Assembly (NCBI GenBank): GCA_011605725.1
Contig: JAAOZP010000011.1
Coordinates: 1-64,000, forward strand
DNA: 64,000 nucleotides
Reading direction: 5' to 3'
Origin: Nitrososphaerota archaeon
Lineage (GTDB): Archaea; Thermoproteota; EX4484-205; JAAOZP01
Part shown: one piece after another, positions 48,786 through 58,767 of the stretch
Layout: each line of letters begins with the position of its first letter
How positions within the stretch are numbered: the stretch's first letter is position 1
The notes under the pieces: model-generated
What the model saw: the letters and a program-made list of their open reading frames with translations, nothing else
Database searches by the model: none
What the model was told of the DNA's origin: nothing
Program-made: the position numbers and the translations under genes

Positions 48786-50042
48786 TTACATGAGGTATGG
48801 TAGAATTATCAATCCTAGGATAAGACCTAATATTGCAAGGCTCACCATGTAAACCATTTTGTCAATGGCTTTAACGCTAATCCTGTCTCTAAGTTTACTT
48901 CTGCAGAACAGTTTTAGAACCACTCCCCCATCCATAGGATACAGGGGGAGAGCGTTGAATATACCAAGGTTCAAGTTTATGAACCAGGTCCAGAAGAGAA
49001 GGTTCACCGGGTAATGATAATACTCGCCTAGAAGAGTCGACACGTAGTACTCTTGAAGAAGACTTGAGAAAGGAATTGTCTCGTAAACCCATGGGAACGG
49101 AACAGTAGGGATCATAAGGTATGTTACAAAACCTTCAACAGGGGACCGTGTTAAGGCTAGAGAGTAGTTCTCAAGAACATCTTTAAGCGGAACCAGGTTA
49201 AGTATTCCACTGGAACTAAGGTTTTTCCCCAGGAAAGTATAGTTGGAAAAACCGTTACGCAGAACCATGAAAGTTATGTTTTCACCCTTCTGGTAAGCGT
49301 TTCTAACGGCTTCAGCGAAACTATTCCAATCGGGGGTTGACTCGCCGTTTACACCTATTATTATGTCGCCGGCCCTCATTCCTTTCTGGTAGGCTGAACC
49401 GTTGGTGGAGAGCCCAGTTATGAGAATCCCGTTAGCAACCGGCTTTAAAGTAAGCATTAAAAGTATGAAGACGGCTAGCGCAGCTAAGGCTGCGATCACA
49501 TTGGAAACAGGACCTGAGGACAGTATTCTTCCCGCTTTCCCAAGACCAGCGTCTTCAAGCTGTTTCTCATCAATCTCTGCGAAAGCACCGATAGGGATTA
49601 TCAGGAGCATGATTATTCCTGTAGACTTAACACTCATGCCGTTAGCCCTAGCCTGAATTCCATGGGAATACTCATGTATCACCATGGCTATGAATAACGC
49701 TACCCAGCCGTAGAAAAAAGGCAGATACGGGTTTACACCTGGAAGAAGTATGTTGGCTGCTGGCCCAAGCTCTCTTAAAACCCTGCTTACATTAGGGTTG
49801 CTCAGCATGTTGTTTACCGCGTTAAGCAGCAAGTAAACCATTATCGCACCTAGGAAGGGCATTACCACTAGAGAGATGAGACCCATTTTCCTAGAGAATC
49901 TCGTTCCCCCGAGCCTATCCATCAGTGTTAATCCGATTCTCGTCTTAACTAGGATAAATGGAAACTGGACTTCAACCATGCTCGGCAGACGTATGCGCAT
50001 ACAACGATGTTTTCCAACGAAGGGTCTTTTTAAGCTTGACAC
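48786..50042 (-). CDS. Site-2 protease (M50) with PDZ domain (start uncertain)
   Basis: HEYSH, GAFAE, GPVSN, NALPLYPMDGG. Confidence 0.9.
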   Translation of the reverse strand: MSSLKRPFVGKHRCMRIRLPSMVEVQFPFILVKTRIGLTLMDRLGGTRFSRKMGLISLVVMPFLGAIMVYLLLNAVNNMLSNPNVSRVLRELGPAANILLPGVNPYLPFFYGWVALFIAMVIHEYSHGIQARANGMSVKSTGIIMLLIIPIGAFAEIDEKQLEDAGLGKAGRILSSGPVSNVIAALAALAVFILLMLTLKPVANGILITGLSTNGSAYQKGMRAGDIIIGVNGESTPDWNSFAEAVRNAYQKGENITFMVLRNGFSNYTFLGKNLSSSGILNLVPLKDVLENYSLALTRSPVEGFVTYLMIPTVPFPWVYETIPFSSLLQEYYVSTLLGEYYHYPVNLLFWTWFINLNLGIFNALPLYPMDGGVVLKLFCRSKLRDRISVKAIDKMVYMVSLAILGLILGLIILPYLM

Positions 50043-50107
50043 TCCCCTGGGTGGATTGAAGCAGCTGGAAACACTTAAGCTTAAACCATGCGTGCAACTA
50101 TTTTCTG

Positions 50108-50635
50108 CTACTGTTTAAAACCGTTGAAGGAAACTATTTCACTCAGAGGCTTCCTTGAGCCGGGTTCCCTGAACTCTTCGCTAGCAGGGTACCCGAGTGG
50201 AGTTATAGCGACAACATTATATTCCTCAGGTATTCCAAGAACCTCCTTAACCTTCGCGTTGTCGAAGGAGCCTATCCAGCATGTTCCAAGCCCCTCAGCC
50301 CTGGCTGCGAGAATAAGATGCGTGAAGGCTATTGAAACATCTACAAGCATGCTCATAGAACCCATGTACCCGCCCCTGTTCCACCCGATGTCGCGTCCAC
50401 ACGCAACAATAACCACTGGAGCCTCAGCTATAAAACCCTGGTTTCCGCAAGCAGGCACAAGCCTCTTCTTCAACCCTTCATCCTTCACCACTATAAACCT
50501 CCAGGGCTGACGGTTTGAGCCAGAGGGCGCTATTCTAGCAGTATCCAGAACCCTGTTTAACACATCGTCCGGTATAGGGTCAGGCTTGTAAGACCTTATG
50601 CTTCTCCTGGTTCTCACCACCTCGTAGAAATCCAT
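50108..50635 (-). CDS. Nitroreductase family protein
   Basis: RRSIRSY, APSGSNRQPW, GLGTCWIG. Confidence 0.9.
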   Translation of the reverse strand: MDFYEVVRTRRSIRSYKPDPIPDDVLNRVLDTARIAPSGSNRQPWRFIVVKDEGLKKRLVPACGNQGFIAEAPVVIVACGRDIGWNRGGYMGSMSMLVDVSIAFTHLILAARAEGLGTCWIGSFDNAKVKEVLGIPEEYNVVAITPLGYPASEEFREPGSRKPLSEIVSFNGFKQ

Positions 50636-50719
50636 CTTCTCCACCAACCTGCCTTCGCAAAGGATGAATAAAAGTTTTAGCAACATGTCTAAAGGAATTA
50701 AAAAGAAAAGGGGTACTTA

Positions 50720-52141
50720 TTATCTGGGTGGAGGCGGCGGAGGCGGGGGTGGTGGAAACTCTGCTTTAGGCTTTCTCCTTAAAAGCAGCAGCACCAGGAC
50801 TATTAAGACCACTGCTACGATAGCTCCTATCATCACGAGCCAAGGAGTTTCTGAGGCTGCTCCACTCTCCTTGCTAGCAGTCAGGCTTCCAGTTAAGCCG
50901 TTCACGTCAATATTATACGTTCCCTCACTAGTCGGCGTGTATGCGAAGCTCACAGTAGTCGACTGGCCTGAGTCCAGAGTACCCCTCTTGGTTTCGACAG
51001 CCTGATTGTTAACCTTCAGCGTGACCTCGTACGTTCCGGATTCGCCGCCAGTGTTCTTAACCGTGACGGAGATTGTTGAAGACTGGCCGACTTTAACTGA
51101 GCCCGGGTCTACGCTTAGACTGCTAACCTCGAACCTTGCCGGCAGAGTTGTCGAAACAGTTATACTAACTGTTTTATCACCGATCCTCACGGTATACGAG
51201 CCGTCTGCAGCAAAGGATAATTCATGGCTTAGACTCTTGCTCTCACCCGGTTTCAGAACTATCAGCCAACTTTTCTCAATTTTCCCGCCTACACTTAAGG
51301 TAAGGTTGTGAGTGCCAATGGCGTTCCCCGTGTTAGAAGCAGTGATAGTTATAGTGAGTTTCTCACCCGGCTTTAGCTGCGTCTTGTCAAACCGGGCGTC
51401 AATCAATATGTTCGGCCGTGGCTGAGGGTTAACCAGGTCAACTGATAAAAGCTCTATCTTATCCCATTCCTTAGTATCGAGCGTTTCAAAGTAGATTTTA
51501 ACTATAAGGGTGCCGAAGCTGACGGGGGCGAACCACCATTCTGCAACGCCACGGTATGATTCCGGTGCGTTCACATATCCTTCCCACCTGTATTTGTAGA
51601 CTAGAAGCTGGCTTGAACCGTATGTTTCTATTCCTGATCCCAGGTAAATCAGTCTTCCATACCCTAGCTCCTCATAGCTGTATACCGTAGTGAAGTTCCA
51701 TGCTTCGCTCCACGCGCCTACCCATGCAACCCAAACATACAGCATTATGTTGCCATACATCTCAGCGTATTGACCAGTGTAGGTTTCCTCATCAACCATA
51801 ACCTGTAGGCATTTTCCAGTCGATTTAGAGATCCACAGGAGCATTGTCTCACTAGCCTTCCCCTCCTCCTCATATTCCCATTCAACCTTCCAAGTATTCT
51901 CCCCGCTGACCGTCTCCTCTCCAAGGACTCGGAAGCCTATGGCTCCAACAGTTCCCTTTTCATCCGAGAAGCGATACTTGGCTGATTTAACGTTGTTCAA
52001 CAGGATTGCCACCCTCTCATACTCGGATTCCTGAGCATAAGACACTATTGGTCGGTTTCCAGTTGGCGTCAGCATTATCAGAAGGATTAGACAGAACGCG
52101 GCATGTATCTGAATATTCCAACCACGTGATTTTCTTATCAT
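50720..52141 (-). CDS. Surface protein with two CARDB domains, C-terminal TM and poly-Pro tail
   Basis: Signal peptide; ASNTGNAIG...LKPGES; VTVKNTGGESG; LRRKPK...PPPPPPPPPR. Confidence 0.8.
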   Translation of the reverse strand: MIRKSRGWNIQIHAAFCLILLIMLTPTGNRPIVSYAQESEYERVAILLNNVKSAKYRFSDEKGTVGAIGFRVLGEETVSGENTWKVEWEYEEEGKASETMLLWISKSTGKCLQVMVDEETYTGQYAEMYGNIMLYVWVAWVGAWSEAWNFTTVYSYEELGYGRLIYLGSGIETYGSSQLLVYKYRWEGYVNAPESYRGVAEWWFAPVSFGTLIVKIYFETLDTKEWDKIELLSVDLVNPQPRPNILIDARFDKTQLKPGEKLTITITASNTGNAIGTHNLTLSVGGKIEKSWLIVLKPGESKSLSHELSFAADGSYTVRIGDKTVSITVSTTLPARFEVSSLSVDPGSVKVGQSSTISVTVKNTGGESGTYEVTLKVNNQAVETKRGTLDSGQSTTVSFAYTPTSEGTYNIDVNGLTGSLTASKESGAASETPWLVMIGAIVAVVLIVLVLLLLRRKPKAEFPPPPPPPPPPR

Positions 52142-52248
52142 TTTAAGTATAGTGCGCGTGCCTCCATATAAATGTTGTTCTCAATATGCCTATGTCCGGT
52201 GGAAATATGTCTTAAAACTGCGTAAACATTTTAAATACTTGAAAAACA

Positions 52249-52860
52249 TTAGTCGGAATGTTTAAGGCATGTTCTGCTTACGGGACAGGCTTCACAGGCT
52301 TTTCTCTTACAATATTCCAAGTTTAGCTTGACGAGTTGGGACTCTACTTCTCTAATCCTCTTTACCCCGAGTCTCCGCGCGGTTTCAACGGCAAGTTTAG
52401 AAGGCTCAGGATCCGCTTTACTCCAGATTCCTCTCAGCTCCCTGAGAAAAATATTAACCCCCGCCGGGCCGACCCCCCGGAAACCCGCTAACAGTTCCTC
52501 CAGCTGTCTAGATGATTTGGCTCTATTATGAACCTCATCTATGCTTCCGAATTCTTCCAAAAGCTTTTTCGAAACATCCAGAAGGTTCGTGGCGGTTGAG
52601 AAATCGTACCTGACGTATCCTCCTGAGTCGAGAACCTCCACCAGCCTATCCCATCCTGCGTTGAGTACTGCCTCCGGAGTTACGAGACCCTCTTCCTGAA
52701 GCCTTTTGAAAGTCTTCTTAGCAATTTTCGACGATATTCTTTTAGCGAATAGTATTGAGGCTAGAAACCATTTGAAACGGTCCTCAGGCTTGTTCAAATC
52801 CAAGCCTAGCTCTTCAGAGTATGTTTTAATTTTCCTCAGCCTTCTGATCGTAGTATTCAC
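52249..52860 (-). CDS. HhH-GPD / endonuclease III-related protein with C-terminal Cys cluster
   Basis: KWFLASIL, GYVRYD, GFRGVGP, C-x4-C-x2-C-x5-C. Confidence 0.75.
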   Translation of the reverse strand: MNTTIRRLRKIKTYSEELGLDLNKPEDRFKWFLASILFAKRISSKIAKKTFKRLQEEGLVTPEAVLNAGWDRLVEVLDSGGYVRYDFSTATNLLDVSKKLLEEFGSIDEVHNRAKSSRQLEELLAGFRGVGPAGVNIFLRELRGIWSKADPEPSKLAVETARRLGVKRIREVESQLVKLNLEYCKRKACEACPVSRTCLKHSD

Positions 52861-52939
52861 GTGAAAACAGTAGCATCAGAGTTTAAAGGTTTACTGCCGC
52901 TTAGAAACTTGACCTGCTTGAAGCAGGTTTAAAAGCCTT

Positions 52940-53743
52940 CTAGAGCAGACTTAAAATGTTTTTCAAATACTCAACATCCTTCCGGGTTTGCTTCAGGATC
53001 TCGGCCAGCGGTGAGTCGTATTCACTGTGTACAGATACTGGGCCATTGAAACCCGTTTTCCCAAGTATTTCGAAAACCTTTCTCCACGGGACCAGTCCTT
53101 CCCCAAGCGGGACTGTTCTCACACGCCATTCTCCTTCTTCTCTAAACCAGCCGTAATCCTTTACAGAAACAATTCTTATCTTTCTACTTAAAATATCCAT
53201 GCCCATTAGCCATCCTGCTAAGCCTCCCTCCACAGCCATGTGGCCAGGGTCAACATAGGCGCCAACGAGATCTGGGTTAAACCCTTTCAGAATCAGCCAT
53301 ACGACTGTTGGCTCTGCAGACATGAACATGCCTGAATGAATATGCACTGCGGAAGTCACCCGGTACTTCCTACTCAACTCCTGAATCTTTCTAAGCTCCA
53401 CACGTATTTCCGCCACTTGCCTCCGCAGAAAGCCGAAGCCCCTGTACTGCCAATAGCCTAGCTTCAAGTATTTCACCCCGTTTTCGGAAGCAGCCTTGAA
53501 AACATCCTCAGCATAAGGCTGGTTGACGCTAGTTATTTCAGTCGTTATCATCGGCACCTTCAAGCCTTCTGACTCGAATACTCCAACAGCCCAGGGAAGT
53601 TTTTCCTCGGCCTCATAGGGCTTTATGTAGCCGTTAGACCTGACTGTAAGGTCCACGCCTTCAAAACCTGTTTCTGCAGCTATTTCTGCGAACTCTTTTA
53701 AGGAGAGGGCTTGAAACATTTTTGAAAACAACACTAGTTGCAT
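52940..53743 (-). CDS. Sugar phosphate isomerase/epimerase (xylose-isomerase-like TIM barrel)
   Basis: GFEGVDLTVR, HIHSG, DPGH, VKD, PLGEG, HSEY. Confidence 0.85.
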   Translation of the reverse strand: MQLVLFSKMFQALSLKEFAEIAAETGFEGVDLTVRSNGYIKPYEAEEKLPWAVGVFESEGLKVPMITTEITSVNQPYAEDVFKAASENGVKYLKLGYWQYRGFGFLRRQVAEIRVELRKIQELSRKYRVTSAVHIHSGMFMSAEPTVVWLILKGFNPDLVGAYVDPGHMAVEGGLAGWLMGMDILSRKIRIVSVKDYGWFREEGEWRVRTVPLGEGLVPWRKVFEILGKTGFNGPVSVHSEYDSPLAEILKQTRKDVEYLKNILSLL

Positions 53744-53766
53744 AATTGCTCCCCTCCCTTTAAAAG

Positions 53767-55122
53767 CTAAAAACCAAGGCCTATTGTCTGGTTAAGACAC
53801 CCGGTCCTTATTTTCCCCTGTCTAACTTCAAATATTTCGGGAAACCTTTCCTGAACCTCTTTAAAGGCGGAAGGCAGGTATTGCCTAGCATTATACTCGA
53901 CTCCAAGTATCGGGTTTGTCCTCGCAGCGAATCCCGCGGAGTGGACGAGTGACAACCCTGGGCACGTCAGGTCCTGTATGCTGTAAGGTACTCCAAGCTC
54001 CTCTGCCTTAGACACAAGGAGGAGAATCGAGCTGTGACACTTGCATGTTTTCAAAGCTACTCCGGACCAGCCTAGCCTCATGGCTAGGTCGAAACTCTCC
54101 AAGTCAGTAACGCTCTCGTCCGCTAAAACAGGCTTAACCTCAGCCACCTTCCTCATGTTAAACATGTGTGACGCTAGGTCTCTGCTAACTGGTTGCTCAA
54201 CGTAAAGGATTTTCTCAAATGCTTCAGGAGCTGCTTTCCTCGTTTTCAACAGGTATTCTAAAACAGCTTCTGGAGACGGGTGCATCTCGTTAGAATCGAC
54301 AGACAAGTAAAAATTCCTCACGCCTTTCTTTCCCAGCGTTTCCGCAACGGTTTCAGCCACGTCTTTAGTTCTTTTCACATCCCATTCTACGTCGCTGCCT
54401 TTAAGCTTGATTTTGAAACAAAAAACTCCCTCCTTCTCGATCCATTCCTCTAAACTCGCCGGCAAACCGTCAGACTCATCAGGATCTTCTTCACTCCTCA
54501 GCTTATCCAGACCACCGACCAAGTGGAATACCGGAATTTCTGAGGAATATTCTGGCTTAATGTAGTCAGCTATATACTTGCCTTTGAATCTTTCCCCAAG
54601 GTAGAAACTCAGGTCGTGGTCAACGTATTTAGGCCCATACCCGTCATAACTACATATTTTATTAACCTTTCCGAACCCGTCGTGCATTGAAGCATCTATC
54701 GGGGAGACTGCTACTAAAGAGGCTAGTATGGGGAGCTCCTCTTTAAGCCTCAGCTCTGAGGAAACTCTTCTCGTAATCCTGGGTATTTCATCCTCGTACT
54801 TTACAAACCAATCTATGGGATGCATGTATCTATTCCCCGCCTCTTCCACCAGAAGTTTCCCATAGCGTTCTGCAACAAGCTTCATGGCTTCAAGCTTATT
54901 CTCATGGCTCTCCACGTGGCTTGGAAACGCCCATTCGCACGCAAGCGGCATGGAACCCAAGCCTTCAGCCTTCTCTCCATTCCTATTTTTCACGACGGTG
55001 GTGACGAGAAGCGAGGTAGACTCCTCCACCACGACGCTCCCGAATTTCAAAGGGGTTCTCAGCCTGAAGCTCCTGTATTCAAAATCGATTTCAACCGGGC
55101 GGATGTCGGAATCCTTACTCAT
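53767..55122 (-). CDS. Enolase-superfamily (mandelate racemase/MLE-like) enzyme
   Basis: FKIKLKG, VDSNE, VEQP, ADES, LKTCK. Confidence 0.85.
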   Translation of the reverse strand: MSKDSDIRPVEIDFEYRSFRLRTPLKFGSVVVEESTSLLVTTVVKNRNGEKAEGLGSMPLACEWAFPSHVESHENKLEAMKLVAERYGKLLVEEAGNRYMHPIDWFVKYEDEIPRITRRVSSELRLKEELPILASLVAVSPIDASMHDGFGKVNKICSYDGYGPKYVDHDLSFYLGERFKGKYIADYIKPEYSSEIPVFHLVGGLDKLRSEEDPDESDGLPASLEEWIEKEGVFCFKIKLKGSDVEWDVKRTKDVAETVAETLGKKGVRNFYLSVDSNEMHPSPEAVLEYLLKTRKAAPEAFEKILYVEQPVSRDLASHMFNMRKVAEVKPVLADESVTDLESFDLAMRLGWSGVALKTCKCHSSILLLVSKAEELGVPYSIQDLTCPGLSLVHSAGFAARTNPILGVEYNARQYLPSAFKEVQERFPEIFEVRQGKIRTGCLNQTIGLGF

Positions 55123-55188
55123 GATTCACACGTAGGCTCCTCGTTGTCTTTAAGCCTTTTCCTCATCAAACAGTAATCTGTTGAAAGT

Positions 55189-56133
55189 CTATGGCTGTTT
55201 TCTCAATGCTGCTTCTCTAGCCGCAGAAGCCCGCTTGAAATATTCTTCCCTTGTTTCCAACCCGAACTCCTCAATAATGTTGCTCACAGTAATCCCTCCG
55301 GCTTCTGAAGACATTAGGAATACTGCCTCCGGTCTAGACACTTCGAAACTGACTTTAGAACCGTATTTTTCCTTAATCATGTCGATTTTTTCAAAATTAT
55401 AGTCTAAGTGTAGAACATCATAATCAAGGTTTATGGTGCAGCATATAACCGGCTGATAGCTGCTTGAAACAGTCAGAATCCTGCCCAGAGGGTTTACAAT
55501 CATGCTTCCCTCATCGTCCGCTATCGAGGACACCATGTAGACACCGTTGTTGAAAGCCCATATTCTCAACTGTAATCCTCCAGGATACATTGAGGGGAAG
55601 AACACGGCTTTAACCCTGTTTCTCGCCAAACCCTTGATGACGTCTTCAAAATTTAGGTCGAAACATATCGCTACTCCGATTCTTCCGAACTCTAGTTCAA
55701 ACGGCTTAGGCTCAAACCCGGGCTTAACACCGGCCTCAATCTCCCATATTGTGGGGTGAACCTTGTCATAGATTCCAACATACTCCCCATCCCTACTTAT
55801 CAAAACTGCAGAATTGTAAACCTTATCACCATCCCTCCTCATGGTTGGGAAAATCGTATAGACTCTATTCTCCTTAGCGAAGGAAGCTATCTTATTAGAA
55901 ATGGTTCCTGGGATTTCCTCTGCTTTCTCCACCATTTCTTGCATGCTTAACCCTAGAAATGGCGAGCATTCAGGGAGACAAATTATGTCGGGCTCGTCTA
56001 AAAGTGCTTTCCTAAGGAGGAACAGTATTTCCTTCACATTGTTCTCTATTGTTTCATCAACCGTCGCTCTCCTGGCTCCCTTAAAAGATACTGAAGCTAC
56101 TCGCATATGCTTCATGTTTTTCACCGGTTTCAC
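55189..56133 (-). CDS. Carbon-nitrogen hydrolase (nitrilase superfamily)
   Basis: CLPE, YDKVH, ICFD (E-K-C triad). Confidence 0.88.
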   Translation of the reverse strand: MKPVKNMKHMRVASVSFKGARRATVDETIENNVKEILFLLRKALLDEPDIICLPECSPFLGLSMQEMVEKAEEIPGTISNKIASFAKENRVYTIFPTMRRDGDKVYNSAVLISRDGEYVGIYDKVHPTIWEIEAGVKPGFEPKPFELEFGRIGVAICFDLNFEDVIKGLARNRVKAVFFPSMYPGGLQLRIWAFNNGVYMVSSIADDEGSMIVNPLGRILTVSSSYQPVICCTINLDYDVLHLDYNFEKIDMIKEKYGSKVSFEVSRPEAVFLMSSEAGGITVSNIIEEFGLETREEYFKRASAAREAALRKQP

Positions 56134-56178
56134 TTCAATATCATACTTAAATATTGCTTAAGGTGAAAACACGGGGTC

Positions 56179-57201
56179 ATGAGCCTCAGCGGTAAGCGGG
56201 TGAGAGTCCTGATTACAATACCTGCAGAGCTCTACAGCAGGATTTCGAGAGCCGGAGACGAGGAGAAGCTTAGGTCTTTCGCAGAATGCGTCTTTAACCC
56301 GTTTAATAGGAATCTTAATGAGGATGAGCTTTCCGAGCTAATTGTTGACGTAGATGGGTGCATCACAAGCTGGGGTTCTCCAAGGTTCACTGAAAAAGTT
56401 TTGAACAACGCGAACAGGCTTAAAATCATAGGTCATGCTGCTGGAAGCGTTAAACCCTATGTGACGGAACAAGTTTTCAAGAGAGGGATAATTGTTGTTA
56501 ATGCTGCTTCGACAATAGCTAAGCCGGTGGCAGAGTTTACCATAGCCATGATACTGAACTGTTTAAGAGGGATACCGAAATATGTTGAGGCAATGAGGAT
56601 GAGGAACTGGGTTCACAGGGAGCAGAGAGGCTTTACGACTTATGATTTGAATGGGAAGACGATAGGAATAATAGGATTTGGTGCGGTGGCTAAGGAACTG
56701 GTTAAACTGCTTAAACCGTTTGAAGTTAGCATAATGGTTTACGATCCTTACGCTGAGCCGAGCCAAGTGGCTTCTTACGGAGCGAGAAAGGTTGGTTTGA
56801 ACGAGCTGCTCAAGTGTTCAGACGTGGTGACTCTGCATGCTGCTTTAACCCCGGAGACTCATCACATGATCGGCGAGAAAGAGCTTAGACTCATGAAGCC
56901 CGCAGCATACTTGATAAATACTTCTAGAGGCGCGCTTATAGACGAGAACGCCCTGGTTAAGGCTTTAAGGGAGAAATGGATAGCTGGAGCAGCGCTGGAT
57001 GTTTTTGAACAGGAGCCTTTAGAGAGTAACAGCCCCCTTTACGATTTGGAGAACGTTTTTCTTACGCCCCATGTAGCGGGCGGGTCTGATGAAAGGATGA
57101 GACAGTTGTTCGGCACAGTTGTCGAAGATTTTAAAAGATTCTTTTCAGGAGAGAAGCCTATTAACGAGGTGCCGTATGAAAAGCTTAAAATTCTCGCTTA
57201 A
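56179..57201 (+). CDS. D-2-hydroxyacid dehydrogenase family protein
   Basis: HAAGSVK, GFGAVA, INTSRG, LDVFEQEP, TPHVAG. Confidence 0.9.
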   Translation: MSLSGKRVRVLITIPAELYSRISRAGDEEKLRSFAECVFNPFNRNLNEDELSELIVDVDGCITSWGSPRFTEKVLNNANRLKIIGHAAGSVKPYVTEQVFKRGIIVVNAASTIAKPVAEFTIAMILNCLRGIPKYVEAMRMRNWVHREQRGFTTYDLNGKTIGIIGFGAVAKELVKLLKPFEVSIMVYDPYAEPSQVASYGARKVGLNELLKCSDVVTLHAALTPETHHMIGEKELRLMKPAAYLINTSRGALIDENALVKALREKWIAGAALDVFEQEPLESNSPLYDLENVFLTPHVAGGSDERMRQLFGTVVEDFKRFFSGEKPINEVPYEKLKILA

Positions 57202-57321
57202 GTTTTCGAAAAACATTAGTTAAAGCATTGAGTGTTTTTCCTTCGTTTTAACAAGCCCATGTTTCTCGTTGAAAAATAAACACTTAAATAAGAAATCCGG
57301 ATAAGCCATTTTAAACCGTTA

Positions 57322-58005
57322 ATGAGAAAAGGGTTGGAAGCGGAGGACATTGCGGTATCAATCTTGGAGAAGCTTGGCTACATGGTTTTAGAAAAAAGGA
57401 AGCCTATAGTTGTTGGGGGAGTGAAGATTGCAGAGATAGATCTTATTGCGAGAGACCAAGGAGGAGAAGTTTTAGCAGTTGAGGTTAAGTCTGGAAAAGC
57501 CTCAGTCACTGATGTTAGGCAGGTCTTCAGCAACGCTAAGCTTTTAAAAGTTAAACCGCTCCTAATATGCAAAGGGTTTTCAGACGCTTCGGCAGCTAGC
57601 CTTGCCAGCGAGCTGGGTGTCAGATACATTCTTCTTCCAGAGTATTACCTTTTCACGTTTGAAGATTTTAAAGAGGTTTCGAGGGAGATTGTGTATGATC
57701 TGTTGACGATGTACTTGTCGCTGGACCTTGAGGAAATCAGCAGCGAGGAAGAGAGGATAGTTGAGGCTATTGCTAGTTCGAACAGTTTTTCAGAAGCATC
57801 TTCGAAGCTTAACACTTCAGAGGAGGAGCTTGGTAAAAAAATTTCTAATACGAGTGTTTTCAGGACTGGGGGTAAACAGGGGTTTAACCAGCTTAAGCTT
57901 AGAGCCTTACTTGTTAAAAACAGGCTTGACAGCAAGAAGCGGATTGAAAACATTGAGCGTAAACTAGACGGCTTGGAAAAGAAAATAGAGAGCTTAAAAA
58001 AATAA
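57322..58005 (+). CDS. PD-(D/E)xK nuclease (YraN/RecB-like archaeal family) with C-terminal coiled coil
   Basis: AEDIA..LEKLGY, EIDLIA, VEVKSG. Confidence 0.75.
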   Translation: MRKGLEAEDIAVSILEKLGYMVLEKRKPIVVGGVKIAEIDLIARDQGGEVLAVEVKSGKASVTDVRQVFSNAKLLKVKPLLICKGFSDASAASLASELGVRYILLPEYYLFTFEDFKEVSREIVYDLLTMYLSLDLEEISSEEERIVEAIASSNSFSEASSKLNTSEEELGKKISNTSVFRTGGKQGFNQLKLRALLVKNRLDSKKRIENIERKLDGLEKKIESLKK

Positions 58006-58021
58006 AATGAGGATTCCTCTC

Positions 58022-58696
58022 CTATAGCTTACGGTGGCAGAACCACCAATCGAAACACTCGAACTCGCCTGTCCTTGCTTTTTCAAGACGGTTCCTCGCC
58101 GTTTCCAAATCCTTGGCTGGCGGTATTATAACATGGTCCTTAATCAGCTCGTTGTTCGGCCAGTTGGCAGGCATCGCAACACCGTTTCTGTCGGATATCT
58201 GCATGGCTTCCACGACCCTTAAAATCTCATCCATGTTTCTACCTAGCTCCTGAGGATAATAGAGGATTATGCGTATCTTTCCCTTATCGTCAACCACGAA
58301 TACTGCTCTAACCGTGTTAGTCCCCTTTCCAGGATGGATGAGTCCTAGCTTTTCTGCAACCTCACCTGTGTCCGCGATTATGGGGAACTTTATTTCGACA
58401 CCAAGCTTCTCCTTTATCCACTCTATCCATTTCATGTGTGAGAAAACCTGGTCGACGCTGAGCCCGATTAACTCGCAGTTCAACGATTTAAACTTGTCAT
58501 ATCTTTTCTGAAAGGCTACGAATTCAGTTGTGCATACCGGGGTGAAATCTGCAGGATGGCTGAACAACACGAACCATTTTCCGGCGAAAGCCTTTGGAAG
58601 CTCTATGACCCCGTGAGTAGTCTGTACCTTCATCTCTGGAAAGTCTTCTCCGAGTAGGGGTATTCCTTTCCTTCCAGTATTTTCTGATTTTTCCAT
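58022..58696 (-). CDS. Peroxiredoxin (Prx6/archaeal type)
   Basis: [14 protein letters not shown]; GRN..E; C-terminal CFDWWFC. Confidence 0.93.
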   Translation of the reverse strand: MEKSENTGRKGIPLLGEDFPEMKVQTTHGVIELPKAFAGKWFVLFSHPADFTPVCTTEFVAFQKRYDKFKSLNCELIGLSVDQVFSHMKWIEWIKEKLGVEIKFPIIADTGEVAEKLGLIHPGKGTNTVRAVFVVDDKGKIRIILYYPQELGRNMDEILRVVEAMQISDRNGVAMPANWPNNELIKDHVIIPPAKDLETARNRLEKARTGEFECFDWWFCHRKL

Positions 58697-58750
58697 CTTT
58701 GCCTCGTCCCCTTTTCAGATTTTTAAGAATGGTAAGATTTATAAACATTT

Positions 58751-58767
58751 GGTTTGATTTTCGAACC
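58751..58767. promoter_or_regulatory. Lrp-type operator candidate GGTTTGATTTTCGAACC
   Basis: Imperfect palindrome (GGTT...AACC) with an AT-rich centre, directly before the Lrp start codon in the divergent promoter. Confidence 0.5.
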
